64,000 nucleotides of DNA from Corallococcus sp. Its GTDB lineage: Bacteria; Bacillota; Clostridia; Christensenellales; CAG-314. The stretch covers positions 89,273-153,272 of the forward strand of contig JAMPEJ010000005.1 in NCBI GenBank assembly GCA_023665205.1, read 5' to 3'. The notes below the pieces were generated by a model that had not been told where the DNA came from, did no database searches, and saw only the letters and a list, made by a program, of their open reading frames with translations. Position 1 is the first letter of the stretch. Every line of letters starts with the position of its first letter. The translations under genes and the position numbers were made by a program. Positions 18,245 through 27,658 of this stretch are shown one piece after another.

Positions 18245-18538
18245 CTAAATCAGAATGATAAAAACTATGCAGCATACCGCCAACAAACCCGCACAAATAT
18301 AGGTGGCAAGTTTAAGACGAAACTCTTTGCGAGAGCCTGCATTTTTCCCGTAGTAACTTTCCGAATCGTCGTTTTTGGAACCGCCCATCATAGCTTCGGT
18401 TCCGTCGGAGTTGCCCGATTGCATCATTACGACAACGATAATAAAAATAACGCACGCCAAAGCAACTACGGCAAGAGCGATTCTAACTCCAAAAATTGCC
18501 GCACCGCTGGCAAACATAGCAAGCAAATTGTTCAACAT
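18245..18538 (-). CDS. secG: Preprotein translocase subunit SecG
   Basis: ORF trimmed to ATG 18538 (GAGGT RBS). Two TM helices separated by a Gly/Ser-rich loop. Position upstream of rnr. Confidence 0.8.
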   Translation of the reverse strand: MLNNLLAMFASGAAIFGVRIALAVVALACVIFIIVVVMMQSGNSDGTEAMMGGSKNDDSESYYGKNAGSRKEFRLKLATYICAGLLAVCCIVFIILI

Positions 18539-18686
18539 ATCGATACCTCGTACTTTGTACTTTACAAACAAATTTTTGCGCAACAAAAAGCGCGCTACAT
18601 ACATTTAGCAATGAGAGTATAACACACAATGCGGCATTTGGCAACTGTTTTACTGCAAAAATAGTTACCTTTCCGACGTACAAAGC

Positions 18687-18714
18687 AAACCCGCAAACGT
18701 ATTTGCGGGTTTTG
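18687..18714. terminator. Hairpin terminator downstream of gpmI and the repeat array
   Basis: ACCCGCAAA-CGTA-TTTGCGGGT with flanking A/T runs. Confidence 0.6.
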
Positions 18715-18737
18715 AATAATGGCTTTATTTATGCTAT

Positions 18738-18968
18738 TTTTTCAAAAGGCTTCTGCCTGTCATTTCAGCATTGTCGCCCACCATTGTTTTTTTCCGGCTC
18801 GTTTGGTTTTTCAAACCAAGCGTTGCGCCTTTTTACTTTTTCAAAAGGCTTCTGCCTGTCATTTCAGCATTGTCGCCCACCATTGTTTTTTTCCGGCTCG
18901 TTTGGTTTTTCAAACCAAGCGTTGCGCCTTTTTACTTTTTCAAAAGGCTTCTGCCTGTCATTTCAGCA
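18738..18968. repeat. 99 bp tandem repeat: two full copies plus a 33 nt partial copy that is the true gpmI 3' end
   Basis: Units 18738-18836 and 18837-18935 appear identical by eye. Each carries the last 11 gpmI codons plus the stop plus 63 nt of downstream sequence. Confidence 0.95.
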
Positions 18969-20473
18969 GGCTTTTCCAATCCCATAATATCCAGCATAGT
19001 CGGCGCCACGTCGCACAAAGCGCCCTCGGTAAGAGTTGCTCCGCGCAGTTTTTCGTCGGCAATTATGAAGGGCACCAAATTTGTGGTATGCGCCGTAAAC
19101 GGCGTGCCGTCCTCCGCCAACATCTTTTCCGCGTTTCCGTGGTCGGCAGTAACAAAAGCTCTGCCGCCGTTTGCCAAAATACACTCCACTACGCGGCGAA
19201 CGCAGTCGTCCACTTTTGCAACTGCCTTTTCCGTAGCGGAGATAACGCCGGTATGACCTACCATATCGCAGTTAGCGTAATTCAAAATCATAACGTCGTA
19301 CTTACCTTTTTCTATCTCAACAATAGCGCGTTCGCACACTTCTTCCGCGCTCATTTCCGGTTGCAAATCGTAGGTTGCAACTTTGGGCGAGGCTACTAAA
19401 ACGCGGCTCTCGTTGGCGTTAGGAGCTTCTACGCCGCCGTTAAAGAAAAACGTTACGTGCGCATACTTTTCCGTTTCTGCAATGCGCAACTGGGTTTTTC
19501 CGCATTTAGAAAGGTATTCTCCCAACGTATTTTCGTAGGTTTCCGGACGGAAAGCAATATCCACTCCGACAAACTTTTCGTCGTACTGCGTCATACAAGT
19601 CCAGTGAACGCTGCGCTTTTTGCCTTTCAGGTCAAATCCGTCAAAGCCGCTTTGCGTAAACGCGCGAGTCATCTCGCGTGCGCGGTCGGGACGGAAATTG
19701 AAAAAGATAACGCTGTCTCCGTTTTCGATCGTTGCAACAGGTTTGCCGTTTTCCGTAATTACGGTAGGCAACACAAATTCGTCCGTTATGCCGTCGGCGT
19801 AACTTTGTTCAAGCGCCTCAACGGCATTTTCGCTTACGTTATCGGCAACGCCTAGCGTCAACATATTGTATGCCTTTTCCACCCTGTCCCAACGGTTATC
19901 GCGATCCATAGCGTAGTAACGCCCGCAAACGGTAGCAATCTTACCGAAAGCAAGTTCGTCCATTTTCTTTTGCAGTTCCTTAACGAAACCTGCACCGCTC
20001 TTCGGCGAAACGTCACGCCCGTCCATATAGCAATGTACGAATACGTTATCCAGTCCTTGATCTTTTGCCAACTTAATAAGAGCAAATACATGGCTTATGT
20101 GAGAGTGCACTCCCCCGTTGGACATAAGTCCCATCAGATGCAATTTGCCGTTGTTCTTTTTAGCGTTTTCGCAAGCGGCAATAAAAGCGGCATTTTCAAA
20201 AAAGTCGCCGTCTTCGATAGACTTGGTTATGCGCGTAAGCTCCTGATAGATCACGCGGCCCGCGCCCATATTTAGGTGTCCTACTTCGCTGTTGCCCATT
20301 TGCCCTTCCGGCAATCCCACTGCCAAACCGCTTGCCTTAAGCGTAGTCGTAGGGTAATTTTGCATAAGACGGCGCACGAAAGGCGAACATTCTACGCCCA
20401 CCGCGTTACCCTTCTTTTCATTGGAAAGTCCGTAGCCGTCCATAATAATCAATGCGGTAATTTTTTTGTCCAT
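18932..20473 (-). CDS. gpmI: 2,3-bisphosphoglycerate-independent phosphoglycerate mutase
   Basis: Full-length iPGM: MDGYG, SEVGHLN, ADHGN motifs. Confidence 0.95.
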   Translation of the reverse strand: MDKKITALIIMDGYGLSNEKKGNAVGVECSPFVRRLMQNYPTTTLKASGLAVGLPEGQMGNSEVGHLNMGAGRVIYQELTRITKSIEDGDFFENAAFIAACENAKKNNGKLHLMGLMSNGGVHSHISHVFALIKLAKDQGLDNVFVHCYMDGRDVSPKSGAGFVKELQKKMDELAFGKIATVCGRYYAMDRDNRWDRVEKAYNMLTLGVADNVSENAVEALEQSYADGITDEFVLPTVITENGKPVATIENGDSVIFFNFRPDRAREMTRAFTQSGFDGFDLKGKKRSVHWTCMTQYDEKFVGVDIAFRPETYENTLGEYLSKCGKTQLRIAETEKYAHVTFFFNGGVEAPNANESRVLVASPKVATYDLQPEMSAEEVCERAIVEIEKGKYDVMILNYANCDMVGHTGVISATEKAVAKVDDCVRRVVECILANGGRAFVTADHGNAEKMLAEDGTPFTAHTTNLVPFIIADEKLRGATLTEGALCDVAPTMLDIMGLEKPAEMTGRSLLKK

Positions 20474-20584
20474 AATTTCCTCTGAACTTGTGCGGTCAAA
20501 GCCGCACGTATTTTATATTTAGTTTAGAGACCGGCGCCTATACCGTAAAGCGACCGAACTCAAAAATCAAACGTTGCAAAAATA

Positions 20585-21337
20585 TTATTTATGCGCGTTT
20601 ACCACGGCGGCAAATTTATCCGCGACCAAACTTGCGCCGCCGATAAGTCCTCCGTCGATTTCGCTCATAGACAGCAGTCCCGCTGCGTTTTTATCGTTCA
20701 TACTGCCGCCGTATTGAATATACAAGTCGTTTGCCGCAGCCTTGTCGTATTTATCGGCAAACACTCCGCGCACAAAAGCGATTGCGTCGTTTGCTTGTTC
20801 GTCGGTTGCCGTAACGCCCGTACCGATCGCCCATACGGGTTCGTATGCAATGATAACGTTTTTAAGTTCGTCGACAGTAATATCGGCAAATCCTTCCTCG
20901 ATTTGGCGGCGCAATACTTTTTCCATATTCCCGCCGTTGCGCTCCTCCAAGGTTTCGCCTATACAAACGATAGGCTTTAGATTGGCTTTCAATGCCGCTT
21001 TCGTACGGGCGAGCACCGTCGCATCCGTTTCTCCGAAATACGTGCGGCGTTCGCTGTGACCGATAACCACGTATTCGACGCCGAGTTCAGCCAGCATAGA
21101 GGGGGCGATTTCTCCTGTAAACGCTCCGCTTTCCGCCCAGTGACAGTTTTGCGCGCCTACGTGAATATTGGTGCCTTTGGTAAGTTTTACCGCTTTGCAA
21201 AGGTCGGTATAAGGCACGCAGATAATAACCGTATTTGCCGTATCGGCTACCTTCGGGATAAGTTCCGTAATAAGTTGTTCCGCCTCGGCGCGAAGTTTGT
21301 TCATTTTCCAGTTTCCGGCGATAATTTTGTTTTTCAT
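20585..21337 (-). CDS. tpiA: Triosephosphate isomerase
   Basis: Canonical TIM: IAGNWKMN, GHSERR, AYEPVWAIGTG. Confidence 0.95.
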   Translation of the reverse strand: MKNKIIAGNWKMNKLRAEAEQLITELIPKVADTANTVIICVPYTDLCKAVKLTKGTNIHVGAQNCHWAESGAFTGEIAPSMLAELGVEYVVIGHSERRTYFGETDATVLARTKAALKANLKPIVCIGETLEERNGGNMEKVLRRQIEEGFADITVDELKNVIIAYEPVWAIGTGVTATDEQANDAIAFVRGVFADKYDKAAANDLYIQYGGSMNDKNAAGLLSMSEIDGGLIGGASLVADKFAAVVNAHK

Positions 21338-21404
21338 ATCAAAAATCTTCCTTTATTAAGCCTTATGCACACGAGAATATCCCGTGTGCATTTCAGGCAA
21401 TTTC

Positions 21405-21731
21405 TTATTTTTTTTCAGACACTTCGAAAGAGGCGATATACTCGGTAGCCACCACTGTCTGAACGCTGTTTTTGCCTTTGGCGGAAACCAACACCGCGCC
21501 TTCGTCTGTGACGCTTGTAAGCGTACCGCGCGATACTGCTCCGAACAAATCTTTGACGATCATTTCACTGCCGATAAAAGGCTCTAACGCTTGCTTCTTC
21601 ACAATTTCGTACCCCTCTATAAGTTTCAAAAAAGTTTTCGTTTTTTTGCGTTTTGCGCGCGCTTCCAACACAAAGCCTGCGGCAGCCGCCGCGAAACATG
21701 CAAAAGCGCATACCAAACATAGATATTCCAT
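21405..21731 (-). CDS. Small membrane-anchored protein of unknown function inserted between pgk and tpiA
   Basis: ATG 21731 lies 4 nt after the pgk stop with no clear SD, so translation may be coupled. N-terminal TM helix, basic linker and a beta-rich C-terminal domain. Confidence 0.5.
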   Translation of the reverse strand: MEYLCLVCAFACFAAAAAGFVLEARAKRKKTKTFLKLIEGYEIVKKQALEPFIGSEMIVKDLFGAVSRGTLTSVTDEGAVLVSAKGKNSVQTVVATEYIASFEVSEKK

Positions 21732-21735
21732 AACT

Positions 21736-23049
21736 TTATTTTTCGTTAAGGCAGGCAATACCCGGCAAAACTTTGCCCTCGAACAATTCCAGACTTGCAC
21801 CGCCGCCGGTGGATACGTGGCTCATCTTGTCGGCATATCCCAGTTGCGCAACCGCAGCCGCGCTGTCGCCGCCGCCGATGATGGTCGTAGCCTTGCTGTT
21901 TGCCATAGCTTTGGCCACCGCGTTCGTACCTGCAGCCAAAGTCGGGTTTTCAAATATCCCCATAGGTCCGTTCCAAATAACCGTCTTGGCGTTAGCGATT
22001 TCTTCCGCATAAAGAGCGGCAGTTTTAGGTCCGATATCTGCGCCTTCGCGGTCGGCAGGGATACTGTCTGCGTCCACAACCAGTGTGTCAACAGGGGCGT
22101 CGATGGGGTTAGGAAATTCCGCAACCGTTACGCAGTCCACGGGCAACAACAGTTTTTTGCCTGCCGCTTTGGCTTTTGCCATCATGTCGCGGCAGTAGTC
22201 CAACTTGGTTTCATCCAAAAGGGACTTGCCTATCTCTTTTCCCTGCGCCTTCAAAAACGTATACGCCATGCCTCCGCCGATAATAAGCGTGTCGCATTTT
22301 TCCAGCAAGTTGGAAATAACGTTGAGTTTGTCGGCAACCTTTGCGCCGCCCAAAATGGCAACGAAAGGATGCACGGGGTGATCCAAAGCGTCCGCCATTA
22401 CTGAAAGTTCCTTTTCGATCAAAAATCCGCACACGGCGTCCTTTACAAAGCCGTATTCTACAATTGCAGCAGTACTTGCGTGCGAACGGTGAGCAGTGCC
22501 GAAAGCGTCGTTGACGTAGATATCGGCAAAAGCTGCAAGCTTTTTGCAAAACTCCTCGGCGCGGGCTTCTTCGCCTGCGTCAAAACGGGTGTTTTCCAAC
22601 AGCACTACTTCGCCTTCTTTCAAAGCGGCAACCTTTTTACAAGCGTCTTCGCCGACTATATCCGTAGCAAAAGTAACTTTGTTGTCCAACAATTGGTTCA
22701 GTCTGTCGGCAACGGGTCTAAGAGAAAACTTTTTTGCGTCGCTTTTAAGCGCTTTTTCCACCATTTCGGCCTTGGCTGCGTCGCGCTCGGATTCCGGCAA
22801 CGCTTCGAGAGCCGCCTTTTCCTTTTTGTTAAGTTTGAAATTGGGACTGTATATATTGTGAGGTTTGCCAAGGTGCGAACAGAGTATCACCTTTGCGCCG
22901 TGTTCCATAAGATACTTGATCGTGGGCAGCGCGCCGTTTATACGGTTTTCGTCGGTGATGACGCCGTCTTTCATGGGAACGTTAAAGTCCACGCGAACCA
23001 AACATCTTTTACCCTTCACGTTTACGTCTTTGATGCTTTTTTTGTTCAT
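21736..23049 (-). CDS. pgk: Phosphoglycerate kinase (with ~36 aa insertion after the HLGKP motif)
   Basis: ORF trimmed to ATG 23049 (AAGGAG RBS). [15 protein letters not shown] and GGGDS motifs. Confidence 0.95.
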   Translation of the reverse strand: MNKKSIKDVNVKGKRCLVRVDFNVPMKDGVITDENRINGALPTIKYLMEHGAKVILCSHLGKPHNIYSPNFKLNKKEKAALEALPESERDAAKAEMVEKALKSDAKKFSLRPVADRLNQLLDNKVTFATDIVGEDACKKVAALKEGEVVLLENTRFDAGEEARAEEFCKKLAAFADIYVNDAFGTAHRSHASTAAIVEYGFVKDAVCGFLIEKELSVMADALDHPVHPFVAILGGAKVADKLNVISNLLEKCDTLIIGGGMAYTFLKAQGKEIGKSLLDETKLDYCRDMMAKAKAAGKKLLLPVDCVTVAEFPNPIDAPVDTLVVDADSIPADREGADIGPKTAALYAEEIANAKTVIWNGPMGIFENPTLAAGTNAVAKAMANSKATTIIGGGDSAAAVAQLGYADKMSHVSTGGGASLELFEGKVLPGIACLNEK

Positions 23050-23142
23050 TGTTACACTCCTTAAAATGAGATTTGAAGTAAAACCCGACAGCGCCGCAAA
23101 CTGCAATGAGTACCTGTGACAAAGCCGAATTTCGTCTTATAA

Positions 23143-23171
23143 ATTATAGTTTTTTTTGCACGTAATGTCAA
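23143..23171 (-). promoter_or_regulatory. Consensus sigma-70 promoter of the pgk operon
   Basis: Minus strand: TTGACA, 17 nt spacer, TATAAT. Confidence 0.75.
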
Positions 23172-23362
23172 GCGGTTACACTATTGCTATTATTTATGCC
23201 TACGTAAGGTTTGGCTATGCCTACAACTTTATTCCAACGCGTTTCACGTCGCATACCTATAAAACGTACAAAAGAAAAGCGTGCGGAAATTATTCAAATT
23301 TGCAAAAAAGTAACACGGTAAAGCAAAGCGTCATACACTAAACAAAAACGCGGAGGACCGAG

Positions 23363-23869
23363 TTGAAACCACTAGTATGCGATTTGCCCTACCCTTCTTT
23401 AGATACGCTGACTACCGACGTAAAAAGCGGACAGATCCTTTCCTTTGCCTATGCCACCCAAAAGGGAGAACTGACGGCAATTTTGCAATATCTTTACCAC
23501 AAAACGTTTATGCAAAATTTCAGTCCGAAAAACGCGGAGACGCTCACGTCCATTGCGATTGCCGAGATGAAACACTTGGACATACTTGCCGATGCGATGC
23601 AACGACTGGGCGTAGTGCCGCGTTACGTACAGTACCCGAACACAAAAATATACTTCGACGCGTCCTGCGTATCGCAATCGATGACTCCTCAAAAAATGAT
23701 AATGGACGACATACAGGGAGAACTTAACGCCATAGCCGAATATAACAAAATGCTGTTCGTATTGAAAAACGAAGACGTTGAAGCAATAATTGCACGGATC
23801 GTAATGGACGAACAACTGCATTTGGATACGCTTAAGCAAATGCTGGAAAACATCAACGGAACGGTATAA
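23363..23869 (+). CDS. Ferritin-like (di-iron, rubrerythrin/Mn-catalase-superfamily) protein
   Basis: TTG start 5 nt after GGAGGA. Two E...E-x-x-H motifs (AEMKH, DEQLH) in a predicted four-helix bundle. Confidence 0.65.
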   Translation: MKPLVCDLPYPSLDTLTTDVKSGQILSFAYATQKGELTAILQYLYHKTFMQNFSPKNAETLTSIAIAEMKHLDILADAMQRLGVVPRYVQYPNTKIYFDASCVSQSMTPQKMIMDDIQGELNAIAEYNKMLFVLKNEDVEAIIARIVMDEQLHLDTLKQMLENINGTV

Positions 23870-23931
23870 TCCGAAACAAATTGCAAAAAACAAAATCCTC
23901 CGCCGAAAACGCGGCAGAGGAAATACATACT

Positions 23932-25071
23932 TTACTGATAAGCAAGCGCGGTCTTAGCAGACAACCGGAAAATCCTGCGCCTGTATAACGCCGTAAACCC
24001 TTCGTAAAAGAGGATAAAAGCGCACGTTGTTACGCCCAGTCCCAACCAAGAAAAAGATAAGGAAACGTCATACGCGCCTCCGAACAACCCTACCGCTATG
24101 TACATTATGCCGTATTGGTACGGTGCTCCCAGCGCAAAGCCAAAAAAGGCAACGGGACGGTAGCCGCCGAGCAACGCCGATGCGCACGAACGTTTTTCGT
24201 AGCCGAAAGCCTGCATAAGAGCCAAATACTGCTTATTTGCGGCAAAGGTTGATTGCAACGCCAACAGCAACATAACGACGCCCATCATTACGCCGATAGG
24301 CGCGCACAGAGCCGGCGCAATAGGGGACATATCTATCTGCGTCATTGTAAAGGACATTTGTACCATTGCGGAAAATCCCCACGAGGCAATCGCGACAAAG
24401 ACGTATGTAAGCAGGTTGTTACGCGCAACGCTTTTACGCAAAGTTATCAAAAACGGCAAATCTTTTGTCCGAATACGATCAAGACCTTTGCGCGCCTTTG
24501 TTTTGCGCACGTCTTTTATCAGATCCAGCGCCGGACGCCTGAGTTTGCAAAAGGCCGTTAAAGCCGCCGCAACGCCGAATGCGGCCGCAGGCAGTAAAAC
24601 AATACAGACACATATTTCCCACCGAAAACTTAAAGTCGGCAGCAATGCATCGTAATCCGTCATAGAGTTGTAAAACGGCTGCGCTATCCCCATAGCAAAA
24701 GCAAAACCCGATACCGAACCGCACATGACCGGAGCAAAAAACAGCAAAAAGTTGGCGGAGATTCTGCCCGCTCCGTAACCGAGCGCTTTCAACACGCCTA
24801 TCGTTTGACGGTTTTTGTCAACAAAATTATATACCCAAAACGACAAAGTTACAAGCGTTATCAATCCTAGTATGCCTCCGGCGCACGCACACACAACTTT
24901 GCTCGTAGTTATCTGCGCATCGTAAATAATATTCAATGCAGCGTCGTTCGGTCGCGCGACGTCTTTAAGATCCGCACAGTAATTCCAAAACAATGCAGTA
25001 AGCCCCGTAGCGCCGAACGTAAGCAACGCCGTGCCCCAAGTTTTTGCAAGGTCTTTTGCCCGTATCAACAT
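23932..25071 (-). CDS. ABC transporter permease (FtsX-like)
   Basis: ORF trimmed to ATG 25071 (4 nt after the ATPase stop). Polytopic. Partner of a MacB/LolD-type ATPase. Confidence 0.75.
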   Translation of the reverse strand: MLIRAKDLAKTWGTALLTFGATGLTALFWNYCADLKDVARPNDAALNIIYDAQITTSKVVCACAGGILGLITLVTLSFWVYNFVDKNRQTIGVLKALGYGAGRISANFLLFFAPVMCGSVSGFAFAMGIAQPFYNSMTDYDALLPTLSFRWEICVCIVLLPAAAFGVAAALTAFCKLRRPALDLIKDVRKTKARKGLDRIRTKDLPFLITLRKSVARNNLLTYVFVAIASWGFSAMVQMSFTMTQIDMSPIAPALCAPIGVMMGVVMLLLALQSTFAANKQYLALMQAFGYEKRSCASALLGGYRPVAFFGFALGAPYQYGIMYIAVGLFGGAYDVSLSFSWLGLGVTTCAFILFYEGFTALYRRRIFRLSAKTALAYQ

Positions 25072-25075
25072 AACG

Positions 25076-25768
25076 TCACCACCCGATTTCCGCAACGGAA
25101 AGCGGTTTGTCGTTTTTGTCTATGCTAACAACTCTGCCGCTGTTCATTTTGATTACGGTCGAAGCCAAACCTGCAAAGTTGGCGTTATGCGTGACCATTA
25201 CGACCGTAAAGCCTTTTTCTCTGTGCAAATCTACCAAATATCCCATTACTTTGCGTCCGGTCTCCTCGTCCAAAGCGCCTGTCGGCTCGTCGCAAAACAA
25301 CGTTTTGGGGTTTTTAGATAATGCCCGCGCAATAGATACGCGCTGCTGTTCGCCGCCGGAAAGTTGGTGCGGATACTTGTGCATTTTGTCGGAAAGTCCC
25401 ATGCTTTGCAATATACCGTCCACAGTGCCCGTTCCCGCAAGACTTGCGCCCAATTGCACGTTTTGACGCACGGTAAGCGCAGGCAAAAGATAGTACGCTT
25501 GAAATATAAACGCAGTGTTTTCTTTGCGGAACTTAGTCAAAGATTTTTCGCCAAGCTGCGTGATATCTATGCCGTCGTGGATCACGCTGCCGCTGTCTGC
25601 GCGGTCCAATCCGGAAATAAGGTTCAAAAGCGTGGATTTGCCGGAGCCGGACGGCCCCAGTATCACTACGAACTCACCATTGGAGATTTCAAACGATGCG
25701 TCGTTTACGGCGTACAGCAAATTTTCGCCGTCTGCATACGTTTTGATAAGATTTCGTACCGCTATCAT
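25076..25768 (-). CDS. ABC transporter ATP-binding protein (MacB/LolD-like)
   Basis: Walker A GPSGSGKST, signature LSGGEQQR, Walker B LFCDEPTGALD. ATG 25768 with GAGGT RBS. Confidence 0.9.
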   Translation of the reverse strand: MIAVRNLIKTYADGENLLYAVNDASFEISNGEFVVILGPSGSGKSTLLNLISGLDRADSGSVIHDGIDITQLGEKSLTKFRKENTAFIFQAYYLLPALTVRQNVQLGASLAGTGTVDGILQSMGLSDKMHKYPHQLSGGEQQRVSIARALSKNPKTLFCDEPTGALDEETGRKVMGYLVDLHREKGFTVVMVTHNANFAGLASTVIKMNSGRVVSIDKNDKPLSVAEIGW

Positions 25769-25776
25769 ATCGTACC

Positions 25777-26379
25777 TCAATCGCTTATAAAATCGGTTAT
25801 GTGACTGTTCACTTTGTCTAAAAACAGTTGTTTTTGCGTTTCCGATTGCGCGCCGCAAAGCATGTAACGTTCGTAAAACAACAATATAGGCGCGTAGTAA
25901 CGGACGGCAAGCAGTTTGCAGTCTTGCTGCGGTAAAACGCCCAATTGCATAAGATAAGCAAACGTTCCGCTTTGATAAGCAAGAGGATCGTCTATCATAA
26001 ATTTATTGTAAAGCGCCGCGGCGTCATCGTCCGAGAATCGTTCGATAGCAAGAATACGCACAAAAGCGTTTACAAAACCATCCAATAGCAACCCGTCGAC
26101 GTGGACACGGCACACTTTTTGAAAAAACGAACCGTCCAAAGCTTCTACGTTGCCTTCTGCAAGTTTAGTTTCCAAACGAGTTTGCAGCACGTTGCAGCGT
26201 TCCAAAAAACCGTTTTTCAAAGCGTCGAAAATTGCCCGCTTGTTTGCAAAGTGGTAGTAAACGCTGCTTTCCTTAATTCCAACAACCTTACAAATATCCC
26301 TTATCGATACCGCATTGTATCCCGATTTGGAAAACAGATCCAAGGACGCGTCCAATATTGCTTGTTTGGTATTTGACAT
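25777..26379 (-). CDS. TetR/AcrR-family transcriptional regulator
   Basis: N-terminal HTH ILDASLDLFSKSGYNAVSIRDICKVVGIKESSVYYHF. Confidence 0.9.
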   Translation of the reverse strand: MSNTKQAILDASLDLFSKSGYNAVSIRDICKVVGIKESSVYYHFANKRAIFDALKNGFLERCNVLQTRLETKLAEGNVEALDGSFFQKVCRVHVDGLLLDGFVNAFVRILAIERFSDDDAAALYNKFMIDDPLAYQSGTFAYLMQLGVLPQQDCKLLAVRYYAPILLFYERYMLCGAQSETQKQLFLDKVNSHITDFISD

Positions 26380-26407
26380 TCGTTTCCTCCAAAGCCGTCA
26401 GTTTCAA

Positions 26408-26421
26408 CTAACAGTCGTTAG
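26408..26421. promoter_or_regulatory. Operator-like palindrome CTAACAGTCGTTAG
   Basis: Inverted repeat CTAAC-N4-GTTAG just downstream of the -10 element of the tetR promoter. Confidence 0.6.
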
Positions 26422-26430
26422 ATAACGAAT

Positions 26431-26459
26431 ATTTTACCTAACGACCGTTAGATTGTCAA
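26431..26459 (-). promoter_or_regulatory. Sigma-70 promoter of the tetR-ABC operon
   Basis: Minus strand: TTGACA, 17 nt spacer, TAAAAT. The spacer contains the second palindrome. Confidence 0.7.
26438..26451. promoter_or_regulatory. Operator-like palindrome CTAACGACCGTTAG
   Basis: Perfect inverted repeat CTAACG-AC-CGTTAG, located between -35 and -10. Confidence 0.6.
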
Positions 26460-26533
26460 GCGAAATAAATAAAAAAAAGAAATGCCTTCGAGACATTTCT
26501 TTCCGTACAATATTAACGCTACTTTCCGAAACG

Positions 26534-27658
26534 CTAGTTTTCGCTGTCCTCCAAGTCGTTTTCCTTGTTGGCAAATCCCTTGCCCAGCACTTCCTTGACG
26601 TTTTCTACGTAAGCAAAGGCGTTTTCGTCCACGCGGCGGATAATTCTGCGCGCGTGCGTCAACTGCGAACGGTTGACGACGCACAGTATCATCGTCTTTT
26701 CCTGATGCGAAAATCCTCCTATTACCTTTACGGCGGTAGTGCCGTGTCTAAGCCCCTGTTGCAGCGCTTCAGCCATTTCCTCGGGCTTTTCCGTAGTTAT
26801 TTCCAGTTCCATCGCGGCGGAAAATCCTTTGAATATGCTTTCCTTTACTATTTCGCAAATAAACAGCGCGGCAACCGAGTAGATAAACATTTCTATCGCT
26901 TGGGAAACGCTGTTGCGCACCACGCCCAACACCACGGACGAAACAAGCACTACGACCAAATCCGTCGCCATAATTACGCGCATAGCGACACTGCTGCTTT
27001 TTTTGGAGCGTTTCTGCACCATTATTCCCACTATGTCGCTGCCGCCCGTCGAAGCGTTTACGGAAAGCAACATAGGCAACGACAATCCGTGCAGCGCACC
27101 TCCCAAAATTACGTAAATAACTTTGTCCTTTTCGTTGGCTTCGCCGTACATCAAGTTTTCTATGTGAGTTGACAAGTGAGTAACTTTGAAGATAATCATC
27201 GTAACTGCCAAAAACAACACGTACAGCAATGTTTTGACTGCAAATCTTTTGCGGAACGTAACAAAACAATAAATGACGATAGGTACGTTCAGCGCCACCA
27301 ACCAAACGCCCGCCGAAAAATACCACTTGCTTGCGTCAGTGCACAGTAAAATATCCAAAATAGACGCGATGCCCAACGCTCCGCCTATCACGACGTCACT
27401 GGAAAGCAAAAATACTTCCACAGACAAAGCCGTCGCCAACGCCGCCCCGAAAACGATCAAATACTGACGGACGTTATTCCAAACAGCGCCTTTATTAAAC
27501 TTTTTGGAAACGTTATTTTCCTCAACGGCTACGCTCGGCAAAGATTCCGTATTGACTTGCGTCTCAGCGGCTTGTTCGACTTCCGCAGCGCCGTCGGCGT
27601 TTATGCCGGCATCCGCGACTTCTTTTTTATTTTTCAATTTTTTATCTACAGTACTCAT
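26534..27658 (-). CDS. YitT-family membrane protein (DUF2179 C-terminal domain) with N-terminal extension
   Basis: Paralogue of the upstream gene. GGALGIASIL, STGGSDIVG and a C-terminal DUF2179-like segment (LCVVNRSQL...AFAYV). Confidence 0.75.
   Translation of the reverse strand: MSTVDKKLKNKKEVADAGINADGAAEVEQAAETQVNTESLPSVAVEENNVSKKFNKGAVWNNVRQYLIVFGAALATALSVEVFLLSSDVVIGGALGIASILDILLCTDASKWYFSAGVWLVALNVPIVIYCFVTFRKRFAVKTLLYVLFLAVTMIIFKVTHLSTHIENLMYGEANEKDKVIYVILGGALHGLSLPMLLSVNASTGGSDIVGIMVQKRSKKSSSVAMRVIMATDLVVVLVSSVVLGVVRNSVSQAIEMFIYSVAALFICEIVKESIFKGFSAAMELEITTEKPEEMAEALQQGLRHGTTAVKVIGGFSHQEKTMILCVVNRSQLTHARRIIRRVDENAFAYVENVKEVLGKGFANKENDLEDSEN

Noticed and set aside
18738-18968. Possible CRISPR array.
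   Set aside because: The 99 bp units are directly adjacent with no spacers, they include the gpmI coding end, and no cas genes or leader are present.
18703-19399. Plus-strand ORFs (18703-18987, 18719-19399, 18771-19256) with internally repeated peptide sequence.
   Set aside because: They are read-through artefacts of the 99 bp tandem DNA repeat and of the antisense strand of gpmI. They have no RBS, and all three frames are open only because the repeat unit is a multiple of 3.
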